A stretch of DNA of 64,000 nt, from UHGV virus genome UHGV-0236300. One strand, 5' to 3'. The notes below the pieces were generated by a model. The model did not search any database and was not told the origin of the DNA. It was given only the letters and a program-made list of their open reading frames with translations. This document shows positions 1 to 10,333 of this stretch, piece by piece. The position numbers and the translations under genes are program-made. This DNA comes from a virus. Numbering within the stretch: position 1 is the stretch's first letter; each line of letters starts with the position of its first letter.

Positions 1-60
1 AAAGGGATCTTTATGTTCGACATGAAAGATTCTATCGTTGTTGATGTCTGGAGGTATTAA
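1..60 (+). CDS. 3' end of upstream gene (partial, runs off window start)
   Basis: Frame open from nt 1 to TAA at 58-60; stop overlaps ATG of next gene (TAATG). Confidence 0.3.
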   Translation, partial: KGIFMFDMKDSIVVDVWRY

Positions 61-3000
61 TGCCAATTGCAATGATTGATAACATCGTTGCTTCTGCAAG
101 ATCTTCGAGCTATGACTGGAACGCATCCAAGGCAGCTCTGGCTGACAGCCTGAACACTGTTACCACCAGAACCCTGGATAAGATTTTCGAAGGAAACAAA
201 TCTTACAGGAGTCAGCAAGATAGACAAAAACTTCTCAGATCTTCTGCTGCACCTTGCTCTGTAGTGTATGGGAAGACACGCACATCTGGGTTGCTTGCGT
301 TTTTGGAGCAGGACAGGGACAGAACCCTTCATTGTGCTATTGTTCTTGCCAATCATCCCTTGGAAGGTATAGAAGATATACTTATCGACGGTAATCCTAT
401 TTCCTCGTATGGGGATTTGGTATCGTGGGAGTTACATAACGACAGGAAAACCTCTGATCCTTTCATGGGAACACACTGCCCTTCGTGGTCACCAGACATG
501 ATAGGTAGAGGTATCAGTTGGCTACGTGCCAGCTTTAAGTTTGACCCTAACAAGTTTCCTTTTGGGTTGCCAAACGTTACACTTGTCAAGGTTGGTAAAA
601 AATGTTATGATCCTCGTATCAGTAAAGAGGTGTATACCAATAACGCTGCCTTGGTGATTCTGGACTATCTAAGAACGTACCTTAAATGTCCTGACGAAAC
701 CATCAACTGGGAGTCCTTCAAGGAAGCTGCCAACATATGCGACGAGGCTGTAAAAAACGCGGACGGAACCAGTGAGCGCCGTTACACCATTAATGGCGAG
801 TTCGACATGGACGAAGCACCAGCAAGTATTATGGCAGAGATGCTGAAGGCTTGTGGTGCAGACCTTAGCTATGTGGCTGGCAAATATGGTCTACTGGTAG
901 GTGCATACTATGGCCCGGCAACAATGACACTGAGTGAGGACTGTGTTTGCGGTGAGGTTAAGATCTATCCTGAAGCCTCCTTCGACAAAAGATCAAACAC
1001 AATAACCGGAAGATTCACCAGTCCAACCAAAGGGTATTCTGAAACAGACTTCCCGTCGGTGTTCGTACCTGAATGGGTAGAGAAGGACGGAGAAAGAAAG
1101 ATAATTGATATAGATTATCGTTTTGTTACCAGTCCTTATCAGGCTCAGCGTGTTTCCGCAATATTCTTAAGACGTGCCAGAGCTGGCAGGATTATTGAAG
1201 TAACCTGCAATATGCGGGGTTTTAAATTTAAGCCTGGGCGTTACGTTACGATGGACCTTCCAAGTATTGGTATAGTGGGCCAAGAAATGAGGGTTCTTGA
1301 ATGGGAGTTCACCAAAAAGGGCGGTGTCAAGGTAAAACTCCGTCAAGATGCTAAAGAGTGGAATGATGCCACAGGGCAACTTCCGGATTCTGGAGATGTG
1401 GATATTCCGATATCCCCGTCCGGCGTAGCTCAACCGCAAAACTTCAGATACTCTGTTCTTCAAGCTGGGGAAGTAACTCATGGTGTTTTGGCTTGGGACA
1501 ACGTTGGAACTTATGCTCAAAATATTGTGCAGGTAAGAAAGAACGGAGAGATTATTTGGACAGCACAAACAGTCGAGCAGTTTGTCCGCGTAGAAGGATT
1601 GACCAAAGGGTCATACACAGCAACCGTGGTTGCAACATCTTATAAAGGTGGTGTATCTCCAGAAGCCTACTGCGAGTTCAACATTCAAGCACCTGAAGCT
1701 CCTGTTTCTGTAGAAGTTAAGCAGGGATACTTTGCTATCACCTTGATTCCGCACAGCAGGGACTTAGCAAGTGTAAGCACCCAGTATGATTTTTGGACAT
1801 CTGGTATGACAAGGTTGCCGGACACAAGTGATGCAACCGTTACTTCAAAAGCCACCCGTATGGGTGTTGGTTCAACTTGGACATCTGAAGGTCTGCAGAA
1901 CGATAAGATTTATTATTGGTATATTCGAACCACAAACGCTTTTGGTAGTTCTCAGTTTGTAGAATGCGCTGCACGCTGCTACACCTCTATTGAAGATTTG
2001 ATGCCTCAGATAGATGCTGAATTTAAAAAGACAGAAACTTATAAAGAGTTGATGAGCACTTTAGATTCCTCTATCGAGGAGGTTGAAAATCGTGTCACAG
2101 AGCTTAACAAGTACATGGACGGAAGGGTAGATGAGGCATTCCAACAACTTGGAGATAGGATAGGTGCGGTAGTTACAGAGACAACTCAGAAGTTTGAGGA
2201 TGTCAATGGAAATATCACAGCTCTGGATAGGAAACTTGTTGCTGCACAGAACAAGTTCACCAACGATCTGAACACTGAAAGTGGAAGACTGGCATCCCTG
2301 ATCGAGACAACCAATAAAGCAACCACTGATCTTCTGAACAAAAAGACAGAGGCTTTAGACGAGAAATTGGTTGCAGCCAAAGGGGAGTTGGTAGAACAAA
2401 TAGATGGTGTGGAGAGCGGATACCTTGCCGGAGATAAAACTCTGGATGGCAAGATCAACACCCAGAGAACGGAACTTGATGCAAGCATCCTGAGCACCAA
2501 CAAAGCGACAGTGGATCTTTTGAACAAGACCTCTGAGACCCTGGATCAAAAGATTAGTCAGACAAACGCGACGGTATCTAAAAACTATACCACCCTTGAT
2601 GGTAAGATAACTACCGCAAAAACTGATCTCAATACCTTGATTGCCAATACCAACAAGGCCACCACCGATTTGTTGAATCAGAAAACCTCTGCACTGTCAG
2701 AGCAGATAACCTCTGCACGTGGGGAGATTTCTACCAACAAACAGGCGATTAAGGATTTAGATGGTAAACTGACCTCCACAAAGACAGCTCTGGATGCTAC
2801 AATTTCCGATACCAACAAAGCAACCGTGGATCTTATTAACGGCACAGCGTCAGCTATTCGTCAAGAACTTGCTGTTGCTAAGCAGGAGATCATTGATGAT
2901 GTTGGGGATGTGTCAGAGCTCAGAGCTGCAGTGGCTACAACATCTAAGGCTGTGACCGACTTAGAGGGCAAAGTAAATGCTCAATGGGGCACAAAAATAC

Positions 3001-3899
3001 AGGTAGACTCCGCAGGGAATAAGTATGTGGCAGGTATCCAGTTAGGCATGGAAGGCTCTGGAGGCCAAGTTCAGTCATATTTCATGGTTAGCGCAAACAA
3101 CTTTGCGGTATACAACCCAGGCAATGGGACAGCAACCCTTGCTTTCGCAATCAAGAACAACCAAGCGTTCTTGAAAGACGCTTTTATAGAGAACGGCACG
3201 ATCTCTTCTGCCAAGATCGCGCAAGAAATTTCGTCAAACAACTACGATGGCAATGGGTACCACAAATACGGTTGGTATATTAACAAGAACGGGCACGCCC
3301 AGTTTATGGATGTGTGGGTGAAAGGTAACATTAACGCTAGTGCAGGTAACTTCACAGGGGCAGTTAACGCCACCAGTGGTACCTTCCGTGGGGATGTTTA
3401 TGCCAACAATGGTAGCTTTAGAGGGACCATAGATGCAACAGGAGGTACATTCCGTGGACGTGTAGAAGCTTCCGTTATCCGTGCTAACCAGTTCGAAGGT
3501 GCAATCGTTGCACACAGGACTTACGGAGATTGTGCTCCAGTATATAACTCCCAGCAAAGGGTTTGCCGTTGGAGGTGGAGATACGTAGATAACGTTTCAG
3601 GTCAGGGTAAGAACGTAACATTCTTCTTTAAACTGAATGGTACTCTTGCCAGCTCCCAGCTGAATGCATGGATAGCTGGTCATCAGATCCTTGCTGGCAA
3701 GAAGTATTTTAACGACAACAACGGCATGTGTGCGGTAGGGATAACAGGTCTGGGTGAACAAACTATAGACATTGTTATCGAGATTTACACACCGTGGTCA
3801 ACGTCTAGCGTGACAGGTGTCACAATCTCCTGTCCCACTGTGATCGTTAGTCGTTCTAACTCAAGCTTCCAGGGACCTTGGAACGAGTCTCACGACTAA
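60..3899 (+). CDS. tail tip / central fiber protein, lambda J-like host specificity protein with coiled-coil repeat insert
   Basis: RBS GGAGG upstream of ATG; segments PEAPVSVEVKQGYFAITLIPH and YYWYIRTTNAFGSSQFVE resemble lambda J FN3 region as I recall it; C-terminal GxFRG repeats; terminator follows. Confidence 0.8.
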   Translation: MPIAMIDNIVASARSSSYDWNASKAALADSLNTVTTRTLDKIFEGNKSYRSQQDRQKLLRSSAAPCSVVYGKTRTSGLLAFLEQDRDRTLHCAIVLANHPLEGIEDILIDGNPISSYGDLVSWELHNDRKTSDPFMGTHCPSWSPDMIGRGISWLRASFKFDPNKFPFGLPNVTLVKVGKKCYDPRISKEVYTNNAALVILDYLRTYLKCPDETINWESFKEAANICDEAVKNADGTSERRYTINGEFDMDEAPASIMAEMLKACGADLSYVAGKYGLLVGAYYGPATMTLSEDCVCGEVKIYPEASFDKRSNTITGRFTSPTKGYSETDFPSVFVPEWVEKDGERKIIDIDYRFVTSPYQAQRVSAIFLRRARAGRIIEVTCNMRGFKFKPGRYVTMDLPSIGIVGQEMRVLEWEFTKKGGVKVKLRQDAKEWNDATGQLPDSGDVDIPISPSGVAQPQNFRYSVLQAGEVTHGVLAWDNVGTYAQNIVQVRKNGEIIWTAQTVEQFVRVEGLTKGSYTATVVATSYKGGVSPEAYCEFNIQAPEAPVSVEVKQGYFAITLIPHSRDLASVSTQYDFWTSGMTRLPDTSDATVTSKATRMGVGSTWTSEGLQNDKIYYWYIRTTNAFGSSQFVECAARCYTSIEDLMPQIDAEFKKTETYKELMSTLDSSIEEVENRVTELNKYMDGRVDEAFQQLGDRIGAVVTETTQKFEDVNGNITALDRKLVAAQNKFTNDLNTESGRLASLIETTNKATTDLLNKKTEALDEKLVAAKGELVEQIDGVESGYLAGDKTLDGKINTQRTELDASILSTNKATVDLLNKTSETLDQKISQTNATVSKNYTTLDGKITTAKTDLNTLIANTNKATTDLLNQKTSALSEQITSARGEISTNKQAIKDLDGKLTSTKTALDATISDTNKATVDLINGTASAIRQELAVAKQEIIDDVGDVSELRAAVATTSKAVTDLEGKVNAQWGTKIQVDSAGNKYVAGIQLGMEGSGGQVQSYFMVSANNFAVYNPGNGTATLAFAIKNNQAFLKDAFIENGTISSAKIAQEISSNNYDGNGYHKYGWYINKNGHAQFMDVWVKGNINASAGNFTGAVNATSGTFRGDVYANNGSFRGTIDATGGTFRGRVEASVIRANQFEGAIVAHRTYGDCAPVYNSQQRVCRWRWRYVDNVSGQGKNVTFFFKLNGTLASSQLNAWIAGHQILAGKKYFNDNNGMCAVGITGLGEQTIDIVIEIYTPWSTSSVTGVTISCPTVIVSRSNSSFQGPWNESHD
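2310..2880 (+). repeat. four in-frame tandem repeats (about 155-185 nt) encoding TNKATxDLLNxKT coiled-coil units
   Basis: ACCAA(T/C)AAAGC units at about 2310, 2496, 2649 and 2811. Confidence 0.7.
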
Positions 3900-3904
3900 C
3901 CTTT

Positions 3905-3935
3905 AAAGCCCCGCTTCGGCGGGGTTTATTTTTAT
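3905..3935 (+). terminator. rho-independent terminator
   Basis: GCCCCGC-TTCG-GCGGGG hairpin followed by T-run. Confidence 0.75.
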
Positions 3936-4004
3936 GCTCAGATTGACTATTGTTACAAAATTTGGTAAAATACCTTGTAGAGATTTTCATACCGGAGGAG
4001 TGAC

Positions 4005-5495
4005 GTGGCTAAGTATGGATTGACAGAGGCTGGTTTCGTTATACCAACCCTAAATGACCTAATCGTTGAAACTAAGCAAAGCCTGATCCGTGCTTTTGGC
4101 GAAAACTTCAACGTACAAAGTAACTCAGTTGCAGATAAGCTGACCACTATTTTCAACGAGCGAGAATATCAACTTATTCTTATGGCAGCATCTGTATACG
4201 CATCACAGACGCTATATGGGGCAGAAGGTATTTACCTGGATGAGCTTCTTGGAAGACAGGGTATTTACCGAAGAGGCCGTTCTAAATCATCAGGCACCTG
4301 CCAGTTGACAATCAATACAACTGTGCCGTACAATATGATTTATGATTCCAAAACTTATACGCTGGACAGTGGCAACTTTGTTCTTAGCAACGATGTGCAG
4401 GTGGCGGGAAATCTTATTGCTCACAGAATAAACGCTCCAGACCTAAGAATTGGGAAATACAACTTTCAAATTACCAACCAGACAGACGGAAGTATCAAAA
4501 CAAAAAGTCTGGTTTTAACAGATAAGGCTCTGGACTCTTCTGATTTGCCAAGCTTTTACGGCGAGATTAAGCAATTCATTGTCGATAATACAACCCTGCT
4601 GAATGATGATTTAATTCAGATAGATATGTTGACAGGGACGTTGTGGATAGGGTACAATTCGAATCTTGATCAAGTTGGACTTAATAGCAGGGTAGATTTC
4701 AGAGTATCCCCGATTGTAGGGGAAAGAACTATCACCCTAGATGTTATCGCTAACGAGGCGGGTGAGCTGTCAAGAGAGGCAGAAACCGTGACAACAATGT
4801 CACCTACTCCCAGTGGATTTATCAAGCTTACCAACCGAGAAAGATTCAATGAGGGCAGGGATGTTGAGAAAGACTCTGAGTATCGCCTAAGAGCTTCCAG
4901 CACTAAACAGTTGACATCTAAAGCTACCCGTCCTGCAATCCTTAGCGCTGTAAGCGAGGTGAAGGGTGTTGAGAAAGTAAGAGTGTTCTCTAACAACACC
5001 GATAAAACGGATGCGAAAGGTATACCACCTTATAAGTTTCAAGTGGTGGTGTTTGGTGGTGCAACAGAGGATATCTGTCAGGCGCTGTATCAAACCATAG
5101 CTTGCACAAACAGAACTTATGGGAATATCTTCTACGATATTACCACATCAGACGGTCAGACTGAAAGGATTTATTACTCCAAGGCAAATACCTACCGCCT
5201 AGATGTAAGAATTACCTACTCAGGTGCTGCGCTTTCTACAACCGAAAAAGATGCCATTGTAGAGGCTCTTTTGCAGGTTGTTAACGGACTGGATGTTGCA
5301 GATACATTGTACAATATCCAATTGGTTGGTGCTGCATCGGCTGCTGTGTCAATAGGCAGATTTAACAGACTTGTAATTCAAGTCAAACCTGTGGGGGCCT
5401 CTGATGAAGCTTACACCACAAACGATATTGTTGCAAACATGACTGAGGTGTTTGATCTAGACGAAAGTAATATAACTTTCCAACAAACTATTTAA
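4005..5495 (+). CDS. baseplate J-like (gpJ/gp47 family) protein
   Basis: GTG start 4 nt after GGAGGAG; N-terminal pattern typical of baseplate J family; position in tail module. Confidence 0.55.
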   Translation: MAKYGLTEAGFVIPTLNDLIVETKQSLIRAFGENFNVQSNSVADKLTTIFNEREYQLILMAASVYASQTLYGAEGIYLDELLGRQGIYRRGRSKSSGTCQLTINTTVPYNMIYDSKTYTLDSGNFVLSNDVQVAGNLIAHRINAPDLRIGKYNFQITNQTDGSIKTKSLVLTDKALDSSDLPSFYGEIKQFIVDNTTLLNDDLIQIDMLTGTLWIGYNSNLDQVGLNSRVDFRVSPIVGERTITLDVIANEAGELSREAETVTTMSPTPSGFIKLTNRERFNEGRDVEKDSEYRLRASSTKQLTSKATRPAILSAVSEVKGVEKVRVFSNNTDKTDAKGIPPYKFQVVVFGGATEDICQALYQTIACTNRTYGNIFYDITTSDGQTERIYYSKANTYRLDVRITYSGAALSTTEKDAIVEALLQVVNGLDVADTLYNIQLVGAASAAVSIGRFNRLVIQVKPVGASDEAYTTNDIVANMTEVFDLDESNITFQQTI

Positions 5496-5506
5496 GGCGG
5501 TGAGAT

Positions 5507-6193
5507 ATGGCAGAGATTAAGTCGGATGTCAACCACATCCACACTCTGCCAGATTTTGTTCAGGGAGGTCTTGATTACCTCCCTGGGGATTTTCTGGCTG
5601 AGAAGGTTAATTTAGTCACATTCTTAACCGTGTACCTTAAAAGGTTGGAGAATGTTGATAAAATGCTGGTAGGCTTGGCTGAAGGAAGATTGCTTAACAA
5701 TGCCAGCGGGAGATACCTTGACGAAGTTGGTAATCAACTTGGTATTCTTAGGAATGGTCTTTCAGACGCGGATTTTCGTGCTACGCTGATTATTCAGCAG
5801 GCAGCATCATCAAGAGGTGGTACTCGCGAAGATGTCATCTCCACCTTACGACAGTTGTTCGGAAGAGATAATTTCGATACGTGGAAAGGTGACAATTTCA
5901 GGTTTGACATAAACATTAGAAAAACTTGCTTTGACATATTGCAGTCTATCGACCAAATCTTAGATATGCTGCCATTGCCTTGTCATTTGCGTCTTACGGA
6001 GTCGCAAGGACAAGCTTTTGGTTTTGAAGGGGACTCTACAGCTCTCGGCTTTGGATCAGTGTGGGAAGAAAATCAGTTCGGGGTTGGTGGGCTGGCTACT
6101 TTGTTATATGTTCCTGACGTAAGACCTGATTGGGACACTACAACCATTTATTGTGAAAGTATTACAGTAAACGCAACTAGACAGGAGGGTTAA
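5507..6193 (+). CDS. hypothetical baseplate/tail-associated protein
   Basis: Tightly packed after baseplate J-like gene; stop overlaps next start. Confidence 0.55.
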   Translation: MAEIKSDVNHIHTLPDFVQGGLDYLPGDFLAEKVNLVTFLTVYLKRLENVDKMLVGLAEGRLLNNASGRYLDEVGNQLGILRNGLSDADFRATLIIQQAASSRGGTREDVISTLRQLFGRDNFDTWKGDNFRFDINIRKTCFDILQSIDQILDMLPLPCHLRLTESQGQAFGFEGDSTALGFGSVWEENQFGVGGLATLLYVPDVRPDWDTTTIYCESITVNATRQEG

Positions 6194-8265
6194 TGGCAAC
6201 AGCTGTTTTTAAACCTTACCGTGATTACTCTACAATGGCTGCACGGTTTCATTACCGCACAGTTCAGGATACTGCAGTTCCGGGTAGGGATTATGATCAT
6301 GTTGAGGGCGATGTAACTATCCCGGTTGGGGCAACCAGTATCGAGATCCCTGTAGAAATTGTTGACAAATTGCCAAACAGGTTGCCAAGGAGCTTCTTTA
6401 TGGAGTTTTCATCAAACTCCCAAGGGGTTATGATTGGAACACAAAGAGCGAAATGTACAATAGTTTCAGATGAGAATCTTGACAGAATATCTTGGGATAC
6501 AGTTGAGGAGAGAATGTTTCACCCAAGATACTGGGTTACAACCACACAGCAGACTGAAAGCACCTGTATTGTTGCGGATAATAACTGCTGTATTAACCGT
6601 TTAGTGTCAAGAACATATGGGGGCATGGCTGGGTGCATTTGGGAAACAGTTGACAAGTATGACCATTTCGGCATTGGATTTGATGATCACTACGAGATGA
6701 GAAACACCAAGCTTTGGTTCAGAATGTCAATAACCAATGCCAGCAACTTCTCCACCCCTGAAAAGATGATTATGACTGTAGACCTTGTTGATGGTACAAT
6801 CATCTATGTTCCTTTAGCTCAATATGCTGTCAGCATCTCAGAGGATAAGAATGTTGCAGAAATTCATATTGATTTCGAGGACTGCGTCGGGATGGACCAG
6901 AACAACAACATGATGGGTGTTGATCCTCGGCAGGTGAGAAGGATTCTAATACCACTTATGCCTAAAGATTGGGTAGGTAATAGCACAGACCCGAGAACGG
7001 AAAATGTAGAGTGTGAGTTGCGTCTAGATCTTCTTCAGCCGGACACAGGCTGGAAAATGATGCAACTTAACAATATTCAGGTGAAAGAACACGATGTTGG
7101 GATCTGCACAGCATATGACGATATGTGGAACGTATCCCCTTTAAGGGTGTTGAGCAATATCAAGCGTCTGGGCTATACAGGAACCATAAACCATTATGTT
7201 GGTATGAGCCATTATTATGACTACACATGGTCAGGAACCCAATGGTCTATAAACAAAACAGGAGCTCTAAACGCTGCAGCTTATAAATGGCATGATGATT
7301 TTATGTACAATGCCAAACGACATGACTTCGACGTTATGCAGTCTGTAAGCTTTGAGCTTTATAGCGATGCCTGTCCGTTGGAATGGACCCAGAGAGACTG
7401 GAACGATAACTATGCTAAAACAGGCTATACGCCTTGTAGTTACCTCCTGTCTCCAACCATTGAAGAGGGCATGAATTTCCTTACTGCAGTATTTAAGAAT
7501 TTTGCATCAGCCGCTATGAGAAACAACCTGCCAGTGATTATGCAGATTGGTGAACCGTGGTGGTGGTTCAATACCGATACTCGTAAGCCTTGTATTTATG
7601 ACTACCCTACAAAGCAGGCGTTTTATGATGAGACTGGTGAATATGCACTAGACATTGGGACTATTGACGATCCTAAAACTGGCGGTGTTTATGACAAGTA
7701 TGTAGCATTTTGTCGTGGTAAGCTTGGCGCTCGTATTGCAGCCATTTCAAAGGCAATAAAAGCACACGCTGCATCGGCTCAGATGACAGCTTTACTGTTT
7801 TTCCCCACTATTATGGAAACCGAGCTTACGCAAAAACTGAACCTTGCTGACCAATATAAAAAGGAAGCAGGTGCTCTTGATTTCTTCTGCACTGAGTGCT
7901 ACGATTGGGTGATGCAGGGAGGTATTGAAAAGGCAAAAGAGTCTGTAAACATACCTATCGTTAAGTTAGGTTGGAAACCGTCTGAAATACAATACCTTGC
8001 AGGGTTCGTTCCTAGCAAAGAGCTTGCTCCGGTATATGGCTACGACCCAACCAGGAATTACCAAGAATTTTTATGGAGATGTATTTGCGGAAACATGGCA
8101 ACCATAGAGTATAGATACCCTGAGGTAAAACAGTATGTGTGGGCATACCCGCAAGTAATGTCTGACAGCATCACTGTTACCGCCAGAGATTCTACTGTTC
8201 TGCATATGGGGCAGGTTGCTCTGAAAGGGTATGTAGAAGATGTTGTTCCGCCAGACTTCTCATAA
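6193..8265 (+). CDS. putative tail fiber / baseplate structural protein
   Basis: 690-aa ORF, ATG overlapping upstream stop (TAATG), RBS AGGAGGG. Confidence 0.6.
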   Translation: MATAVFKPYRDYSTMAARFHYRTVQDTAVPGRDYDHVEGDVTIPVGATSIEIPVEIVDKLPNRLPRSFFMEFSSNSQGVMIGTQRAKCTIVSDENLDRISWDTVEERMFHPRYWVTTTQQTESTCIVADNNCCINRLVSRTYGGMAGCIWETVDKYDHFGIGFDDHYEMRNTKLWFRMSITNASNFSTPEKMIMTVDLVDGTIIYVPLAQYAVSISEDKNVAEIHIDFEDCVGMDQNNNMMGVDPRQVRRILIPLMPKDWVGNSTDPRTENVECELRLDLLQPDTGWKMMQLNNIQVKEHDVGICTAYDDMWNVSPLRVLSNIKRLGYTGTINHYVGMSHYYDYTWSGTQWSINKTGALNAAAYKWHDDFMYNAKRHDFDVMQSVSFELYSDACPLEWTQRDWNDNYAKTGYTPCSYLLSPTIEEGMNFLTAVFKNFASAAMRNNLPVIMQIGEPWWWFNTDTRKPCIYDYPTKQAFYDETGEYALDIGTIDDPKTGGVYDKYVAFCRGKLGARIAAISKAIKAHAASAQMTALLFFPTIMETELTQKLNLADQYKKEAGALDFFCTECYDWVMQGGIEKAKESVNIPIVKLGWKPSEIQYLAGFVPSKELAPVYGYDPTRNYQEFLWRCICGNMATIEYRYPEVKQYVWAYPQVMSDSITVTARDSTVLHMGQVALKGYVEDVVPPDFS

Positions 8266-8277
8266 TCAGGAGATAAA

Positions 8278-9318
8278 ATGTCAAAACCTAGTTTTCCATT
8301 AGAGATTTGGGCAGAGGAGGATCAGGTTCTGCCTAACACCCACAGACAGAACAGGCTACGCCCGATTGATGATTTGTGGAGAAAAGGTTGGGATCTTGGT
8401 CAAAAGCCGTCATGTGAAGAACTTAACTATATTTTCAATATGCTCGGGACTTGGGCAAAATATATTGCTGACGAGCAGATCCCTGCCCAAGAGGGCCGTT
8501 ATCTGGTACGTGATAATAACCTGAGCGATCTTTTGAACATTCCTGTTGCCCGTAGAAACCTTGGGATTATCACTAAGGAAGAGGCAGACGCCAGGTATGT
8601 AAAAGTTACAGGCGATACAATGACAGGCCCCTTAGGTTTGCAGCGTATCAACTTTAAAGCTGCCGAGACAGATAAGGCTTGGATAGAGACAACTATTGGT
8701 CCAGATAAGACAACTCTCGACTTTGGGTTAAGTGATAACACTGGGGCGTTTGATGATGGTGGCACATCTACAGTAGATGCGTTTCGTTGGAGATTCCAGC
8801 CAACTCAGCCAGACATTAATCCAGAGTTCACTTTGATGTACCTGAACGCGATCACGGCTAACCGTGCGCTGTTGAAAGTGGTAGGTAATGTTGAAGTTGT
8901 CGATAACATGCGGTGTAACAACCTTACCATCAGCAGCACAGCAACATTCACCAACTGTAATGTGGCTAGTCAGTTGACAGCTGGGTCCGTATATGTTAAT
9001 GGCGGTGCAAGTTGTGACAGTATGGTTGTAAGAAGCCAGCATTGTGTTGTCGGTAACAGAAATGTGGTGCGCTCTGTGAATGGAGTGACGGCTAACGGTA
9101 ACGGAGATGTAACGATCACCATCCCGCAGACAGGGGTACAGGATATCAGAATCGGTGCAAGACTTGTTGATGGTGTTTCTGAATCTCCAGTTCGCAACGG
9201 CTACGTTGTCACAGGTTGGCATTTTGGTGATAAAAAAGAGATGCGTGGTTCAACCTACTGGGCAGGACCTTTACAAAAACTTGTAAATGGTCAATGGATC
9301 ACTGTTAATTATGCGTAG
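8278..9318 (+). CDS. tail fiber protein (paralog A)
   Basis: RBS AGGAG; N-terminus and C-terminus (LVNGQWITVNYA) shared with 10334-11377, central part divergent; followed by Tfa-like chaperone. Confidence 0.65.
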   Translation: MSKPSFPLEIWAEEDQVLPNTHRQNRLRPIDDLWRKGWDLGQKPSCEELNYIFNMLGTWAKYIADEQIPAQEGRYLVRDNNLSDLLNIPVARRNLGIITKEEADARYVKVTGDTMTGPLGLQRINFKAAETDKAWIETTIGPDKTTLDFGLSDNTGAFDDGGTSTVDAFRWRFQPTQPDINPEFTLMYLNAITANRALLKVVGNVEVVDNMRCNNLTISSTATFTNCNVASQLTAGSVYVNGGASCDSMVVRSQHCVVGNRNVVRSVNGVTANGNGDVTITIPQTGVQDIRIGARLVDGVSESPVRNGYVVTGWHFGDKKEMRGSTYWAGPLQKLVNGQWITVNYA

Positions 9319-9332
9319 ATCGGAGGACTAGC

Positions 9333-9917
9333 ATGAAAATACTTCAAGAGTTTAAACTTTACCAACCGGGATCTGGCGAATACTACACCAACAAGGAGAC
9401 CAAGGAGCTGACTCCTCAGGAGGTTGAGGATTACACAGCATACACTGGATATTTTTTACGTAATGATGATGGCGATTGGTATGTGCAATCACGAACACTG
9501 CGACAAGAAAATCCCGGCTGTATCTTCTTACTTGTTGACGAGAAGGGTATTCTTAAGACATCTACAGAAGAACCTGATGCCTTGTGGCCTGCTCCAGGTC
9601 TTCGTGTGGTTATCGCCAAAAAAGAAGAGGTACCAGAAAACATTATGCTCCACCACGACGCTTTGCGTTTAGTTGGTGATGAATTTGTCACAGACAATGA
9701 ATTCTTTGTTCAACAGGCAGAGGGTGTCATAGAGACAGAACTTGCTTGGGCTACTGCTAGAATTGGTGCCTATCAAGACATGATTGACCTTGAATACGAT
9801 CTTACTGATGACCAAAAACGCAACATCAGAGATTTGAAAATGTACAGGGTAAAACTTCTTGAAATAGATACATCTAAAGCCCCTGACATTTTCTTCCCGG
9901 AACGACCTACCCTCTAA
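9333..9917 (+). CDS. tail fiber assembly chaperone (Tfa-like)
   Basis: C-terminal LKMYRVKLLEIDTSKAPDIFFPERP matches the conserved Tfa C-terminal signature; immediately downstream of fiber gene. Confidence 0.6.
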   Translation: MKILQEFKLYQPGSGEYYTNKETKELTPQEVEDYTAYTGYFLRNDDGDWYVQSRTLRQENPGCIFLLVDEKGILKTSTEEPDALWPAPGLRVVIAKKEEVPENIMLHHDALRLVGDEFVTDNEFFVQQAEGVIETELAWATARIGAYQDMIDLEYDLTDDQKRNIRDLKMYRVKLLEIDTSKAPDIFFPERPTL

Positions 9918-9928
9918 GAGGAGGTGTT

Positions 9929-10243
9929 GTGGAGTTGGATTTGGCGGCATTGTACGGTATCTGCATGGGTACCGTTGTCCCGATCTGTGTATGGGCTTTC
10001 AACCAGTGGCACACCAAATGGAAAGGCATTTCCAAGAGGTTGGATGAGCTGGAGAAAGACCTCATTTTAGTGAAAAATAGCATGGTTACAAAAGATAGAC
10101 TTGATTCCATTATCGAGACCCGGTTAAGTAAGCTAGAGGCCGATATTAACGACCTTAAGCAAGATGTCAGGACAGATGTCTCCGGTATCCGAGCTGATGT
10201 ACAAAAGATTTTGCACATGCTTGTAGAGCATAGTAAAAGGTAA
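9929..10243 (+). CDS. hypothetical protein with N-terminal hydrophobic segment and coiled coil
   Basis: GTG start after AGAGGAGG; hydrophobic N-terminus then heptad-like region. Confidence 0.5.
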   Translation: MELDLAALYGICMGTVVPICVWAFNQWHTKWKGISKRLDELEKDLILVKNSMVTKDRLDSIIETRLSKLEADINDLKQDVRTDVSGIRADVQKILHMLVEHSKR

Positions 10244-10333
10244 ACAAAGGTAAGAACGGTAAGGATGCCGTTCTTGCATTTTGTTCTCTAAAGTGTTAAA
10301 ATAGTCCTTAAGGAATTTTCTCAGGAGAATGTG

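Noticed and set aside
8728-9222. Antisense ORFs inside long genes (for example 8728-9222, 14687-15280, 15356-15898, 39521-40144, 40178-40684, all minus strand)
   Set aside because: Fully embedded opposite well-supported protein genes, no RBS, compositionally atypical; treated as frame artefacts.
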